Assembly: GCA_030606215.1 (NCBI GenBank)
Contig: JAUWGW010000007.1
Location: 1,615-65,614 of the forward strand
DNA length: 64,000 bases
Direction: 5' to 3'
Origin: a bacterium
GTDB lineage: Bacteria > NPL-UPA2 > JAUVJM01
Position numbers and translations under genes: made by a program. Positions 49,014 to 59,156 of this stretch are shown piece by piece. Under the pieces are notes generated by a model that made no database searches, was not told the origin of the DNA, and was given only the letters and a program-made list of their open reading frames with translations. The number at the start of each line of letters is the position of its first letter. The first letter of the stretch is position 1.

Positions 49014-49297
49014 ACTCACATATTTAGCCTTATTCAGAATTTTGCTCCACCCCGATGATAAAAACCCGCCTCTTCGGAGGGTCACCGATGAGGCGACCCT
49101 TTCAAATTTGCCATACACAGCCATTTCTCGACCCTGTTAGACCAGAGTATGTAGGTAAACTCTCTCCTGAAAGTGCAGACCCCCTCTCAGAGCCCGAATT
49201 TTTATCACCATAAATTCCCCTTCTAACTCTATTTTTGCCAGTTTTGCATAGAGAAGTTGGAGCAAATGGTATTCTAATATGGAAAGGGAATTAGGAA

Positions 49298-49366
49298 GAC
49301 CAGTTTCTATAAGTTTTATTCATGATAACGATAATAATATGTCAAAATTGAGGGTTGGTCAAGCGG
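49298..49366. repeat. Copy B of the ~70 bp direct repeat. On the minus strand it carries a truncated duplicate of the COG2122 gene start (MNKTYRNWSS*)
   Basis: Aligned by eye to 46558-46627. The minus-strand reading gives 8 identical codons, then a stop. Confidence 0.6.
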
Positions 49367-49453
49367 GTAATAAAAATTTCTTGCAATTCAAGTAAAACCA
49401 CTCTAAAATCAGAATTTAGAATTCGGTCTTCGGGTTTCGGTAAAGGTAGATAC

Positions 49454-49537
49454 CCAGTAAACGCCGTGTCATTCTGACCCTGAGTGAAGGGGAAGAATCT
49501 ACAAGAGATTCTTTGTCGCGTTGCTCCTCAGAATGAC
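49454..49537. repeat. GTCATTCTGA-family intergenic repeat (copy 3) with its inverted partner. Forms a long imperfect hairpin: gtcattctga..gaagaatct / agattctt..tcagaatgac
   Basis: Outer 10-bp and inner 8-bp complementary arms read from the sequence. Confidence 0.55.
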
Positions 49538-49582
49538 AGATTGGGACGCATTTGCTGAATGTTTACGTGAGGGTTTATTCAG

Positions 49583-50701
49583 ATGAAAGCAGTATTGGTG
49601 TTAGAAGATGGCAGCACATTTCACGGTCTCTCAGCAGGAGTAGTCGGAGAGAAGGTAGGAGAGGTTATTTTAAATACTGCTGTTGTTGGGTATCAGGAGA
49701 TTATGACAGATCCGGCAAATGCCGGTAAGATTTTGGTTTTGACATATCCCTTGATAGGTAATTATGGTGTAGCCAAAAAATTTTCCGAGTCCGGGAAATG
49801 CTGGTTATCTGCACTGGTTATAAAAGAAAACAGCAACATGTATTCCAATTGGCAAGCAGAGGATACTTTTAGCAATTTCTTGAAGAAAGAAGGTCTTGTT
49901 GCAATGAGTGAAGTTGATACAAGGACATTAACTGTTAAGATCAGGGATAGCGGTCAGATGCTTGGAATAGTTTCAAGTCAAGAGGTAAAGAAAAGTGCCC
50001 TGCTTAAGAAACTGAAAGACTATAAAAGAGAAATGAAAAGAGATTTTATAAAAGATATCTCTGTAAAAAGGATTAAACAAATTAAGGGGAATCCTTCAGG
50101 CCCAAGAATAGCCATACTAAATTTGGGAATCTTGAATAGTTTTCTTGAACAATTAAGGGAGCTTGGATGCAATCTTACATTGTTACCCTATAACACTGAT
50201 GCAGACAAAATTCTTGGATTGAATCCCGACGGTTTAATTATTTCTAATGGGCCGGAGGAAGATGAGGCAATTTCTAAAATTGTAGTGGTAGTTCAGAAAC
50301 TCCTCGGGAAAATTCCCATTTTAGGTATTTCTACCGGATGTGAAATTATTTATCTTGCTTTGGGAGGAAAGCTTAAAAAGATGAAGATAGGTCACCATGG
50401 CTTAAATTATCCGGTGCGCTCACCCGAATCATATAAAGGTGATATCACAGTTCAGAACCATTCATATGCTTTAGATGAGAATTCTTACCCATACCTATCT
50501 CTTCCCCAAATCCCCCTACCCCCTTTACAAAAGGGGGAGAAAGGGATTAAAATTACCCTGCGGAATGTCAATGATAACTCTATTGAGGAGATAGAGAGTC
50601 TACCGTTAAAGTTTATCTCCGCCCAGTACTATCCGGTAAGTCCCGGGTCTGGAGAGGTGAATGAATTATTCATAAGGTTTTTGAAGTATGCCAAAGCGTA
50701 A
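49583..50701 (+). CDS. carA: Carbamoyl-phosphate synthase small subunit homolog with substituted glutaminase catalytic triad
   Basis: Collinear with E. coli CarA. The nucleophile-elbow motif GICLGHQ reads GISTGCE, and the C-terminal FQGHPE reads AQYYPV. Confidence 0.85.
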   Translation: MKAVLVLEDGSTFHGLSAGVVGEKVGEVILNTAVVGYQEIMTDPANAGKILVLTYPLIGNYGVAKKFSESGKCWLSALVIKENSNMYSNWQAEDTFSNFLKKEGLVAMSEVDTRTLTVKIRDSGQMLGIVSSQEVKKSALLKKLKDYKREMKRDFIKDISVKRIKQIKGNPSGPRIAILNLGILNSFLEQLRELGCNLTLLPYNTDADKILGLNPDGLIISNGPEEDEAISKIVVVVQKLLGKIPILGISTGCEIIYLALGGKLKKMKIGHHGLNYPVRSPESYKGDITVQNHSYALDENSYPYLSLPQIPLPPLQKGEKGIKITLRNVNDNSIEEIESLPLKFISAQYYPVSPGSGEVNELFIRFLKYAKA

Positions 50702-53700
50702 AGATATAAAGAAGATTTTAATGATAGGCTCTGGTCCTATTATTATAGGACAGGCTTGTGAATTTGATTATTCTGGTTCTCAAGCCTGTAAGGCTTTAAG
50801 AGAAGAAGGTTACTTTACAATCCTTATAAATAGTAATCCGGCTACCATTATGACAGACCCTGACATGGCAGATGTGACATATGTTGAGCCGCTTACAGTA
50901 GAAGTTATTACTGAGATAATAAAAAAGGAGAGACCTGATGCCATTCTACCTACATTGGGTGGTCAGACAGGGTTGAACCTTGCCTATTTTTTGATGAGGG
51001 AAGGTATTCTAAAAAAGTATGGGGTAGAGTCTATAGGGGCCAGTGTTGAGGCTATCTCAAGAGCTGAAGATAGAGAACTATTCAAAAAGGCAATGCGAGA
51101 GATAAACATAGACACTCCAAAAAGCGGCATTGCTACAAATCTAAGTTCCGGTGTAAAGATTGGACTTGAAATAGGGTTCCCATTAATTTTGAGGCCTGCG
51201 TACTGTTTGGGAGGAAGCGGTGGTTCTACTGCTTATAATAAGGAGGAATTGGAGGAGTTTTTGGTAAAGGGACTTGAGATAAGCCCGGTCCATCAGGTGT
51301 TGGTTGAACAATCTGTATTAGGGTGGAAAGAAATAGAGTACGAGGTAATGAGAGACTGTGTTGATAATGTTATTATGATTACTTCTATGGAGAATGTTGA
51401 TCCAATGGGGGTGCATACCGGTGATAGTATTGTAGTTGCGCCATCCCAGAGTGTAAGCATGAATGAGTACTCAAATTTTGTGAATCTATCCAGAAGGATT
51501 ATAAGGAAGATCGGTGTAGCGGGAGGGGGTGCAAATATTCAATTTGGCCAGAATCCGGATAATGGACACATTGTGATTATAGAGGTTAATCCGAGACTTT
51601 CAAGGAGTTCAGCCTTGGCGTCCAAAGCTACGGGTTTCCCTATTGCAAGGGTTGCTACAAAGTTGGCTGTTGGCTTGACTCTCCCTGAAGTTCTAAATCA
51701 GATTACGGGAAAGACAACATCGTTCTTTGAGCCGACGGTTGATTACTGCGTATTTAAGATCTGTAGATTTACTTTTGAAAAATTTCCTCAGGCTCAAAGG
51801 GTTTTAAACACATCTATGAAGGCAGTTGGTGAGGCAATGTCTATTGGCAGGAATTTCAGGGAAGCGCTTCAGAAGGGAATAAGGTCTACTGAAACAGGTA
51901 GGTCTGGACTGGGTTCAGACGGAAAAGACAAAATTACGGATGAGGTGTTAGAATCAGCATCAGAGGATTTGATTGAGGAAATAAAGAAAAAAATAAGGAT
52001 TCCCAGCGATGAGAGGTTATTTTATATCAGGTATGGTATTAAACTTGGATTAACAGTTGATGAGATTTATGAGCTCTCAAAAATTGACAGGTGGTTTATA
52101 AATAATATGAGGCAGATTGTAGAATTGGAGGAAGAGATAAAAAAGTTCAGGATTAAGGATTCAGGATCCCGAATCCCACCGGAGTTGCTCAGGAGGGCGA
52201 AGATGAACGGTTTCTCAGATGCACAGCTTGCTTATCTGCTAAATTCAACGGAGAGAAAAGTTCGTTCCTTACGAAAAAAGCACAATATAGAGGCAGTTTA
52301 TAAATTGGTAGATACATGTGGAGGGGAATTTAAAGCGAGCAAACCTTACTATTATTCTACATATGAGACCAGGAACGAGAGTGAGCCCTCTCAAAATAAG
52401 AAAGTTCTTATCCTCGGAGGTGGACCTAATAGAATAGGGCAGGGGATAGAATTTGATTATTGTTGTTGCCATGCTTCCTTTGCTTTGAAGGAAGAAGGAG
52501 TTGAAAGCATTATGGTAAATTGCAATCCGGAGACTGTCTCTACAGATTATGATACTTCAGACAAGTTGTATTTTGAACCTTTGACAGTTGAGGATGTATT
52601 AAATATTGTAGACATTGAAAAACCTTTCGGTGTAATAGTTCAATTCGGAGGTCAGACTCCTTTGAACATATCCGGGGAACTCGCGAAGGCGGGAGTGAAA
52701 ATCTTGGGGACCAGCCCTGATTCTATAGACAGAGCAGAGAATAGAAAAAGATTTCAACGGACGCTCAAACAATTGCAACTCATTCAGCCTGATAATGGGA
52801 TAGCAGGCTCGTTCGAAGGAGCAAGGAAGATTGCTGGAAGAATAGGATATCCGGTAGTGGTAAGACCTTCTTATGTCCTCGGTGGTAGAGCTATGGAGAT
52901 AGTCTATGATGACGAGGACTTAAATGGTTTCATGGAGAAGGCTGTAGAGGCATCTCCTGAGCGTCCAATTCTTATTGACAAGTTTTTGGAGGATGCGATT
53001 GAGGTCGATGTGGACGCAATTGCAGATGGCAGGAAGTGCGTGATAGGCGGGATTATGGAGCACATTGAGGAGGCAGGAATACATTCTGGCGACAGTGCAA
53101 TGGTCATTCCTCCATATACGCTGGGTAAAGATATAATAGAAGTTATAAGGGATAATACATACTTGCTTGCAAAGGAATTGAATGTAAAGGGATTTTTGAA
53201 TATCCAGTATGCTGTCAAGAATAATGTAGTCTATGTCTTAGAAGTGAATCCAAGAGCAAGCAGAACAATCCCGTTTGTGAGTAAGGCAATAGGAGTTCCT
53301 CTGGCAAAGTTAGCAACCAAGATAATGCTCGGGAGGACACTCGAAGAATTGGGTTTTATGAAGGAAAAGGAAATAGAGCACGTGGCGGTGAAAGAATCCG
53401 TATTTCCTTTTATAAGGTTTCCTGGTGTAGACGCAGTTCTCGGACCGGAGATGAAATCGACGGGGGAGGTCATGGGAATTGATTCTACATTCGGTGTAGC
53501 TTATGCGAAGAGCCAGATAGCTGCCGGGCAAAAGTTGCCGAAGAAAGGAAATGTATTTGTAAGCGTGAAAAACCAGGATAAGAGAAGTATAGTTTTCATT
53601 GCTAAGAAGCTTGTTGATCTTGGCTTCAGGATTATGGCGACTTCGGGTACGGCAGATGTCCTTAAGAAGAATGATATAGAAACAAAAGTCCTTCCTAAAC

Positions 53701-53957
53701 TTCATGAAGGGAGACCCAATATCATTGATTTAATAAAAGATGGCAAGGTAGAACTTATGATAAACACTCCTGCGGGAAAAGCAACTAAGGAAGATGAAAC
53801 AAAGATAAGGTCTCATGCGATTCTCTATGGTGTTCCTCTTATAACCACGATTGCTGGTGCTGAGGCTACTGTCAACGGAATTGAGAATCTGGTTAACAGG
53901 AAAAAGATGGGTGTGAAATCGTTACAGAAATATCATGAGCCAGTGAAAAATTCTTGA
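50688..53957 (+). CDS. carB: Carbamoyl-phosphate synthase large subunit
   Basis: 1089 aa with duplicated ATP-grasp halves, oligomerisation and MGS-like domains. Confidence 0.95.
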   Translation: MPKRKDIKKILMIGSGPIIIGQACEFDYSGSQACKALREEGYFTILINSNPATIMTDPDMADVTYVEPLTVEVITEIIKKERPDAILPTLGGQTGLNLAYFLMREGILKKYGVESIGASVEAISRAEDRELFKKAMREINIDTPKSGIATNLSSGVKIGLEIGFPLILRPAYCLGGSGGSTAYNKEELEEFLVKGLEISPVHQVLVEQSVLGWKEIEYEVMRDCVDNVIMITSMENVDPMGVHTGDSIVVAPSQSVSMNEYSNFVNLSRRIIRKIGVAGGGANIQFGQNPDNGHIVIIEVNPRLSRSSALASKATGFPIARVATKLAVGLTLPEVLNQITGKTTSFFEPTVDYCVFKICRFTFEKFPQAQRVLNTSMKAVGEAMSIGRNFREALQKGIRSTETGRSGLGSDGKDKITDEVLESASEDLIEEIKKKIRIPSDERLFYIRYGIKLGLTVDEIYELSKIDRWFINNMRQIVELEEEIKKFRIKDSGSRIPPELLRRAKMNGFSDAQLAYLLNSTERKVRSLRKKHNIEAVYKLVDTCGGEFKASKPYYYSTYETRNESEPSQNKKVLILGGGPNRIGQGIEFDYCCCHASFALKEEGVESIMVNCNPETVSTDYDTSDKLYFEPLTVEDVLNIVDIEKPFGVIVQFGGQTPLNISGELAKAGVKILGTSPDSIDRAENRKRFQRTLKQLQLIQPDNGIAGSFEGARKIAGRIGYPVVVRPSYVLGGRAMEIVYDDEDLNGFMEKAVEASPERPILIDKFLEDAIEVDVDAIADGRKCVIGGIMEHIEEAGIHSGDSAMVIPPYTLGKDIIEVIRDNTYLLAKELNVKGFLNIQYAVKNNVVYVLEVNPRASRTIPFVSKAIGVPLAKLATKIMLGRTLEELGFMKEKEIEHVAVKESVFPFIRFPGVDAVLGPEMKSTGEVMGIDSTFGVAYAKSQIAAGQKLPKKGNVFVSVKNQDKRSIVFIAKKLVDLGFRIMATSGTADVLKKNDIETKVLPKLHEGRPNIIDLIKDGKVELMINTPAGKATKEDETKIRSHAILYGVPLITTIAGAEATVNGIENLVNRKKMGVKSLQKYHEPVKNS

Positions 53958-53982
53958 CATAAAACTGACTGTGTGGTATTTT
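53954..53982 (+). promoter_or_regulatory. Putative promoter TTGACA-17-TGgTATTTT (extended -10) for the small basic protein gene
   Basis: Read from the sequence. Overlaps the carB stop codon. Confidence 0.4.
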
Positions 53983-54024
53983 TTAAGACGGGGAATGAAG
54001 GTTTTTGAAAAGGAGGTGAGATAG

Positions 54025-54189
54025 ATGGCGCAGAAGGTAGCAAGAGTTAGGATTAAAAAAGAGCCGGGCTACCTGTATTTTGTCGACAAAGACGGGGATA
54101 TTTCCAGGGCAAAGATGGCTCGGGGTGGACGGAAGAAGAAAAAGAAAGTTGTAAAGAAAGCGAAGAAGGCGAAAAAGAGAAGAAGATAA
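54025..54189 (+). CDS. Small (54 aa) highly basic Lys-rich protein, unannotated in the ORF track
   Basis: ATG preceded by AAGGAGGTGA. Translation MAQKVARVRIKKEPGYLYFVDKDGDISRAKMARGGRKKKKKVVKKAKKAKKRRR. Has its own promoter-like motif and an intrinsic terminator. Confidence 0.45.
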   Translation: MAQKVARVRIKKEPGYLYFVDKDGDISRAKMARGGRKKKKKVVKKAKKAKKRRR

Positions 54190-54198
54190 ATCATTTTT

Positions 54199-54241
54199 AG
54201 AGGCAGTTAGGAAAGGTGTCCAACTGCCTCTAATTTTTTTG
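54199..54241 (+). terminator. Rho-independent terminator (10-bp stem agaggcagtt/aactgcctct followed by aattttttt)
   Basis: Perfect inverted repeat followed by a T7 run on the plus strand only. Confidence 0.6.
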
Positions 54242-54254
54242 CAATTTCAGTGGA

Positions 54255-54794
54255 TTATTTTACCACGACTAGATCCTTCAACCGCTTAAAGGTTTCTTCT
54301 CCTATACCGGGGACATTTTTCAATTCTTCCACAGATGTGAATGGACCATGTGTATTTCTATAATTGATGATATCGCTGGAGCGAACTTCCCCGATATGGG
54401 GGAGTGTCCTCAACTCTTCCCCGGTTGCTTTATTTATATTTATCTTTCTCTGATAGCTTCTGGATGCAGAACTGCCTTTAACCGAAACAACAATCTTCTG
54501 ACCATCTTTGAGAAAGGCAGCTCTGTTAATAGCGTCTAAATCTGCATCTGGTCTCAGCATGGCTCTCACCAGGACATCTTCAACGCGCGCTCCCTTCTCC
54601 AGTTTATAGACGCCAGGTTTCCAGACCGCACCACTTACATCAACACAGATAATCTCACTTTCCTCCAGAGATTCACCTATAACCTGTGGTGTTACAGGAG
54701 GTGTTGTGAAGCTGCGGTGATATAAGACCACAAGACCACAGATTGATGCACCTATCAGAAAGAGAACAATCCCTCTTTCCTGCTTTGTCAGCAT
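54255..54794 (-). CDS. comEA: ComEA-family DNA-binding competence protein (SLBB + helix-hairpin-helix)
   Basis: N-terminal TM helix, SLBB-like region, C-terminal HhH motifs (..INKATGEELRTLPHIG.., ..LKNVPGIGEETFKRL..). Confidence 0.8.
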   Translation of the reverse strand: MLTKQERGIVLFLIGASICGLVVLYHRSFTTPPVTPQVIGESLEESEIICVDVSGAVWKPGVYKLEKGARVEDVLVRAMLRPDADLDAINRAAFLKDGQKIVVSVKGSSASRSYQRKININKATGEELRTLPHIGEVRSSDIINYRNTHGPFTSVEELKNVPGIGEETFKRLKDLVVVK

Positions 54795-54810
54795 ATCATC
54801 AATTTATGTT

Positions 54811-54909
54811 TTATCTTTTCTTCTTGTGAGCAGCACAAAATTTGGATTTGCCAGATGCTTTATTCTTACATCTCTTTCCTGCTGCAGTTTTTGCGGCACA
54901 TCTTGCCAT
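54811..54909 (-). CDS. Candidate 32-aa Lys/Cys-rich peptide (MARCAAKTAAGKRCKNKASGKSKFCAAHKKKR)
   Basis: Strong RBS GGGAGGTGA 6 nt upstream of the ATG. C-x9-C-x10-C-x2-H spacing. Not in the ORF track because it is under 60 aa. Confidence 0.3.
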   Translation of the reverse strand: MARCAAKTAAGKRCKNKASGKSKFCAAHKKKR

Positions 54910-54978
54910 TCAACTCACCTCCCTTTTTTTAAAAGTGTAACACACCACTCCATCAGATGCAAACAAAATTATCTCATG

Positions 54979-56565
54979 TCAAACATCATTTCCTTTTTCT
55001 TCAAGGTATTCTTCTTCGATGTTGACAGCCCAAATATTGTCCTTAGTTTTAATATCATTGATGGTATTCTCTACAGCTACCATTGCGGAGAGCATAGAGT
55101 GGTCCTGATTGTTGTATCTATGCATGCCATTCCTGCCGATCAGGAACAGGTTTTCAAATTTATTCAAGTAATTTTGCAAAACATCAAAGTTGTCGTAACT
55201 TCCGGAATAGACCGGATAAGTTTTTGGAGTTCTGATTACTACGCTATCCAGCGCATCTTTTTTTTCAATCATATCTATCTTTTCCAGTTCATCTATCGCA
55301 AATTTTGTAAACTCTTCATCCGGCATGCTCCATAATTCATCACCTTCATTGCAGATATATTCAAGCCCTATCCATACCTTGCTATTGTCTTTAACCAGGT
55401 ATGGTGACCAGTTACTGTAAATTTGGATCCTGGCAAGCTTAACATCACTTTCTTGTACATAGATCCAGTTATCTGGAATCATACCTCCTATTGTCTTTGT
55501 TTTGGATTTGTTTTTTATCTTTAGCTTGTTGAGTAGAAGTCCTACTGTAATGAAGTCTCTGTACGTTAAACCATTGGCAACTTCCTTAACATTCTGCGGC
55601 ACATCACCAAAGGAATTTATTAGATCTCTAATTGGCATCGTCGAAAATAAATAATCTACTGTCATGCTTTTTGTCTCGCCGCTTTTTCCATCCATAACCC
55701 TTACATCAATCACTTTATTATTTCTGTGCTCGACTCCTACCACCTTATGTCTTAGACATATTTCGCCATCCTTTTTCATTATTAAATTTGCCACCTCTTC
55801 CCACAACTGCCCTGGTCCATATTTAGGATAAAGAAATTGTCTGATTAGAGATGTTTCGACTTTCTTCTGAGAGACATCTTCGGCCTTCACAAATAATCCT
55901 CTAATTGAATCTTGAATTGCCCTGCTTATGGATAAACCTTTAATGCGCTGCTTCCCCCATTTTGGGTCTATCCTGCTGCAGGGGATTCCCCATACCTTCT
56001 CCGTGTAATTTTCGAAGAAAACCGAATACAATTTCTTACCGAAGCGATTTATAAAGAAATCCTCCAATGTTTTCTCTTCTCTGATAGGGAAAACCCTTGC
56101 CTTGACATAGCTCATTGCTATTTCCAGAACATTAACTATTCCAAGATTCAAAAGGGTATTCATATTTAATGAAATGGGATAATCAAAGAATTTTCTGGAA
56201 AAGAAAATCCTGGAAATTCTTCCGCGAAGTAACATTACGTTGTCTTCCTTTTCCGGGTCCGGCCCATTTTCGGCTAACGGTATCTTTCTATTAAGAATTA
56301 AATCATCTCTGGATGGTTTCCCTTGTAATGGAAATATATTTTGCCACCACATCATAACCCTGTCTGATTTGGAAAAAAATCTATGCCCACCGATATCAAT
56401 TCTATTTCCCCTGTGATTTACTGTCTTAGATATGCCGCCGATACTATCTGTCATCTCATATATTATCGGCTTAATATCAGTTTTAGCCAGCAGCTCATAG
56501 GCTGCTGTCAATCCGGCCGGTCCAGCACCAATAATTACGGCTATCCTTTCCATGTTTTTCTCCAC
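54979..56565 (-). CDS. FAD/NAD(P)-binding oxidoreductase (amine-oxidase/PPO/UGM-like superfamily). Start probably at MERIAVIIG (56553)
   Basis: [13 protein letters not shown] dinucleotide-binding motif followed by ..[15 protein letters not shown]. Confidence 0.7.
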   Translation of the reverse strand: MEKNMERIAVIIGAGPAGLTAAYELLAKTDIKPIIYEMTDSIGGISKTVNHRGNRIDIGGHRFFSKSDRVMMWWQNIFPLQGKPSRDDLILNRKIPLAENGPDPEKEDNVMLLRGRISRIFFSRKFFDYPISLNMNTLLNLGIVNVLEIAMSYVKARVFPIREEKTLEDFFINRFGKKLYSVFFENYTEKVWGIPCSRIDPKWGKQRIKGLSISRAIQDSIRGLFVKAEDVSQKKVETSLIRQFLYPKYGPGQLWEEVANLIMKKDGEICLRHKVVGVEHRNNKVIDVRVMDGKSGETKSMTVDYLFSTMPIRDLINSFGDVPQNVKEVANGLTYRDFITVGLLLNKLKIKNKSKTKTIGGMIPDNWIYVQESDVKLARIQIYSNWSPYLVKDNSKVWIGLEYICNEGDELWSMPDEEFTKFAIDELEKIDMIEKKDALDSVVIRTPKTYPVYSGSYDNFDVLQNYLNKFENLFLIGRNGMHRYNNQDHSMLSAMVAVENTINDIKTKDNIWAVNIEEEYLEEKGNDV

Positions 56566-56618
56566 GGGGTTATATTACAGGCTGAAACCTGCCAATGCAA
56601 GAATTTTACCAATTCTGA

Positions 56619-59102
56619 TTGACATGCTCGGCGGAGGTAGGATATACTTCTCGTCATACTGTGGAGAGAGAGCCTGTGACCAAATCGTCCAGAATAGTCA
56701 TTCACCTTCTGATAACAATTCTAACAGGGATATTGTTGGGATTATTTTTCTGGAGCTGCAAATATAATGAATATCCTTCCTTTATTGAGATTTGCAGAAA
56801 GCTTGCTGAAGTTGGGGGAGTTCAAAGAGCCGCCATTCGGGGCATTTTCTCTCTTGGTGTGTTGTGGCTGTTTGCGTCATCGCTGCTAAGATACTTGAGG
56901 AGAGAAACCTTCTATGTTACATCAGGTAAAGTAGTCAAATCGTTCTTTCCGTTTTTCCTGCTCTTTCTGCTTTTCATAAAGCGATGGCCTGGTGTTCATT
57001 CCGACTTTATAATAATTGCTTTTATCTTTTCCTTTTCTTTGGCTGCGGGATTTCTGGCATCTCTATTCATACAGTTTGGAAGGTTTCACCTGCATGACAA
57101 GGTTTTCAAGATTATACTACTGTTTCTAATAGTTCTGGCGTCTACCTGGTTTATACATATTGTCCTTATCGCTTTTAATGACTTTAGATTTATATGTGAA
57201 GATTTTGCGGTATTTGATACCTCAATACATAGCGTACTGCGCGGCCAATGCCTCCGCTCATCTCTCCATCTTTACAAATCGCAATTGGGTTGCCACTTCT
57301 CCCCCATATTATTTCTCATTGCGCCATTTTATCTTATCTATAATAATCCAAGGACATTGATTTTCTTCCAGGTTGTTCCTGTATTATCAGCGGCTTTCAT
57401 TGTCTATCTCATTGCGAAGGAAAGATTGAGAAATCCCTTGCTTGCATTCTGCTTCGGAACCGGGTATCTTTTGCTGCCGCATGTCCATGCAGTAGCTTTT
57501 AACGAATTTCATGCCGCCAACATGATTCCTCCATTTGTCCTGTTGACATTCTATTTTCTCATGAGAAGAAATTTCAAAGCCTACTGGCTTTCTCTTCTCT
57601 TGATGATTTCCTGCAGGGAAGAGCTCTTCTTTACCGGAGCAACCATTGGAATCATAGCTTTCTTCTTCCCGTGGAAAACTGCTCATGAGAGAGCACAGAA
57701 CAGACGTATTGGGTTAGTCACTTTTTTTGTATGTTCTATTCTGGGTATAATAGCTGTGAAATATCTCATCCCATTTTATGCCGGCAATTTAGGAAAGGGG
57801 CATCCAAATTACCCTCTGTTTGACTGGCTTGGGAAAACACCAAAAGAGATGGTTGCCACTTTATTCTGCCATCCTGGTGAAATTCTCAAGTTTCTCTTCT
57901 TTGATGAGAGGTGGGGACTTTACAGGTGGAGAAGTCTGTGTTTTGCATTCCTTCCGATGATATTACTTCCTTTCTTTGGCAGGATGACGTTCTTACTGCC
58001 ACTTGTATCCGTCGGAGTGCTTCTGATGAGTCAGAGCCACTACTTATTCCGTCTTTCCATGCACTATTCCGCAGGTGTTTCACCTTCTGTTGCCATCTCA
58101 GCTATTTTTGGTGCAGGCTGCCTCATTAGTTTCTCAAAAGGTTCATCAAAACTTAAGAGGAAGATAGTTGGGTTTTTGGGACCGGGGTCGGCAATGTCAA
58201 TGATTGGAATTGGGTTGCTCGCTTCCTGTCTTATGTATAGCTGCTTTTTCGGCTATCTTCCTTTTTCCAGGGATTTTGATGAAAGGGGAAATGTTTTCTA
58301 TGGACCGGTGGAAAGGCCTTTTAGGAAGAATCTAAAAATAAGTGATGAGTCAAGAGTTGTGTTGGACTGTATAAAGATGATTCCTAAGGATGCTTCAGTA
58401 TGCACACAATTGAGAATTGGTCACCATCTTGGCCACCATCCAAACTTCCAGCGCTTCTGGGGATATAATGAACATGTGTCCGGTCCTGATAGACGCGACT
58501 ATGTTCTACTGAATACCCGGTGGAAAGTCAGGTCATCGGACCTGATACAACTTCTGCATGCGGGAGAATATGGAGTCCTTAGATATAAAGACGGGGTATT
58601 GCTTCTCAAATCAAACTATCCTACAGAGAAAAATGAATGGGCCTACAGGGAGATATTTCTCACCTATGATGGTCATCTTCTCATTTCAACAGGATGTCCT
58701 GAGGTTCCTGACTCTGAGGCAATTGATGGCAGAGCCAGGTTTGCGTCGCCGGGGAAGGATGAGTTCAAGTATGTCGCCCTGAGCAGGTACAGGGAATGTT
58801 TTAAGGGTAACTACAGAATTGATTTTTTCGCGAAAACTGACGTTTTAACTCCTGAGACGATAGCCAGGATAGATTGCATAAGGAAAAAGGGAGTTATCAC
58901 TGTTACTGGACGGGATATTAAAGGTACAGATTTTAAGGAGGTGGGAAAATACAAACGTTTCAGTCTGTCTTTCGAGTTGCCACTAACTACAGTATTGCAG
59001 TTCCGCGTCAGGTATTTGGGGGGAGCCAATCTATGGGTGGACCGAATTCAGTTTGAATCGGATGCCATGAGCCTTGAGCGAGCATACAGGCGGCTTAAAT
59101 GA
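56619..59102 (+). CDS. Large polytopic membrane protein with C-terminal soluble domain (GT-C-like / DUF2079-like?)
   Basis: 827 aa. More than 12 predicted TM segments in the N-terminal 500 aa, hydrophilic C-terminal ~300 aa. Function inferred only from architecture and neighbours. Confidence 0.45.
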   Translation: MTCSAEVGYTSRHTVEREPVTKSSRIVIHLLITILTGILLGLFFWSCKYNEYPSFIEICRKLAEVGGVQRAAIRGIFSLGVLWLFASSLLRYLRRETFYVTSGKVVKSFFPFFLLFLLFIKRWPGVHSDFIIIAFIFSFSLAAGFLASLFIQFGRFHLHDKVFKIILLFLIVLASTWFIHIVLIAFNDFRFICEDFAVFDTSIHSVLRGQCLRSSLHLYKSQLGCHFSPILFLIAPFYLIYNNPRTLIFFQVVPVLSAAFIVYLIAKERLRNPLLAFCFGTGYLLLPHVHAVAFNEFHAANMIPPFVLLTFYFLMRRNFKAYWLSLLLMISCREELFFTGATIGIIAFFFPWKTAHERAQNRRIGLVTFFVCSILGIIAVKYLIPFYAGNLGKGHPNYPLFDWLGKTPKEMVATLFCHPGEILKFLFFDERWGLYRWRSLCFAFLPMILLPFFGRMTFLLPLVSVGVLLMSQSHYLFRLSMHYSAGVSPSVAISAIFGAGCLISFSKGSSKLKRKIVGFLGPGSAMSMIGIGLLASCLMYSCFFGYLPFSRDFDERGNVFYGPVERPFRKNLKISDESRVVLDCIKMIPKDASVCTQLRIGHHLGHHPNFQRFWGYNEHVSGPDRRDYVLLNTRWKVRSSDLIQLLHAGEYGVLRYKDGVLLLKSNYPTEKNEWAYREIFLTYDGHLLISTGCPEVPDSEAIDGRARFASPGKDEFKYVALSRYRECFKGNYRIDFFAKTDVLTPETIARIDCIRKKGVITVTGRDIKGTDFKEVGKYKRFSLSFELPLTTVLQFRVRYLGGANLWVDRIQFESDAMSLERAYRRLK

Positions 59103-59112
59103 CAGCTTTGTT

Positions 59113-59139
59113 GTCATTGTGAATGAAGTGAATCAATCT
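59113..59139. repeat. GTCATT..GA..GAAGTGAA..AATCT-family repeat (copy 4), preceded by the small inverted pair atgaca/tgtcat
   Basis: gtcattgtgaatgaagtgaatcaatct in the intergenic region 59103-59156. Confidence 0.45.
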
Positions 59140-59156
59140 TAGAGGAGGGAAAAATT

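Noticed and set aside
49014-49582. Long non-coding region upstream of carA screened for pyrimidine/arginine attenuators, riboswitches or an ncRNA
   Set aside because: No recognisable PyrR box, T-box or riboswitch consensus. The region is instead explained by the duplicated 70 bp segment and the hairpin repeat; a novel ncRNA cannot be excluded but is unsupported.
54826-55335. 169-aa plus-strand ORF (MSSTKFGFARCF..)
   Set aside because: Lies entirely antisense to the well-supported FAD oxidoreductase gene and the small-peptide region. Cys/Phe-rich low-complexity translation, no RBS.
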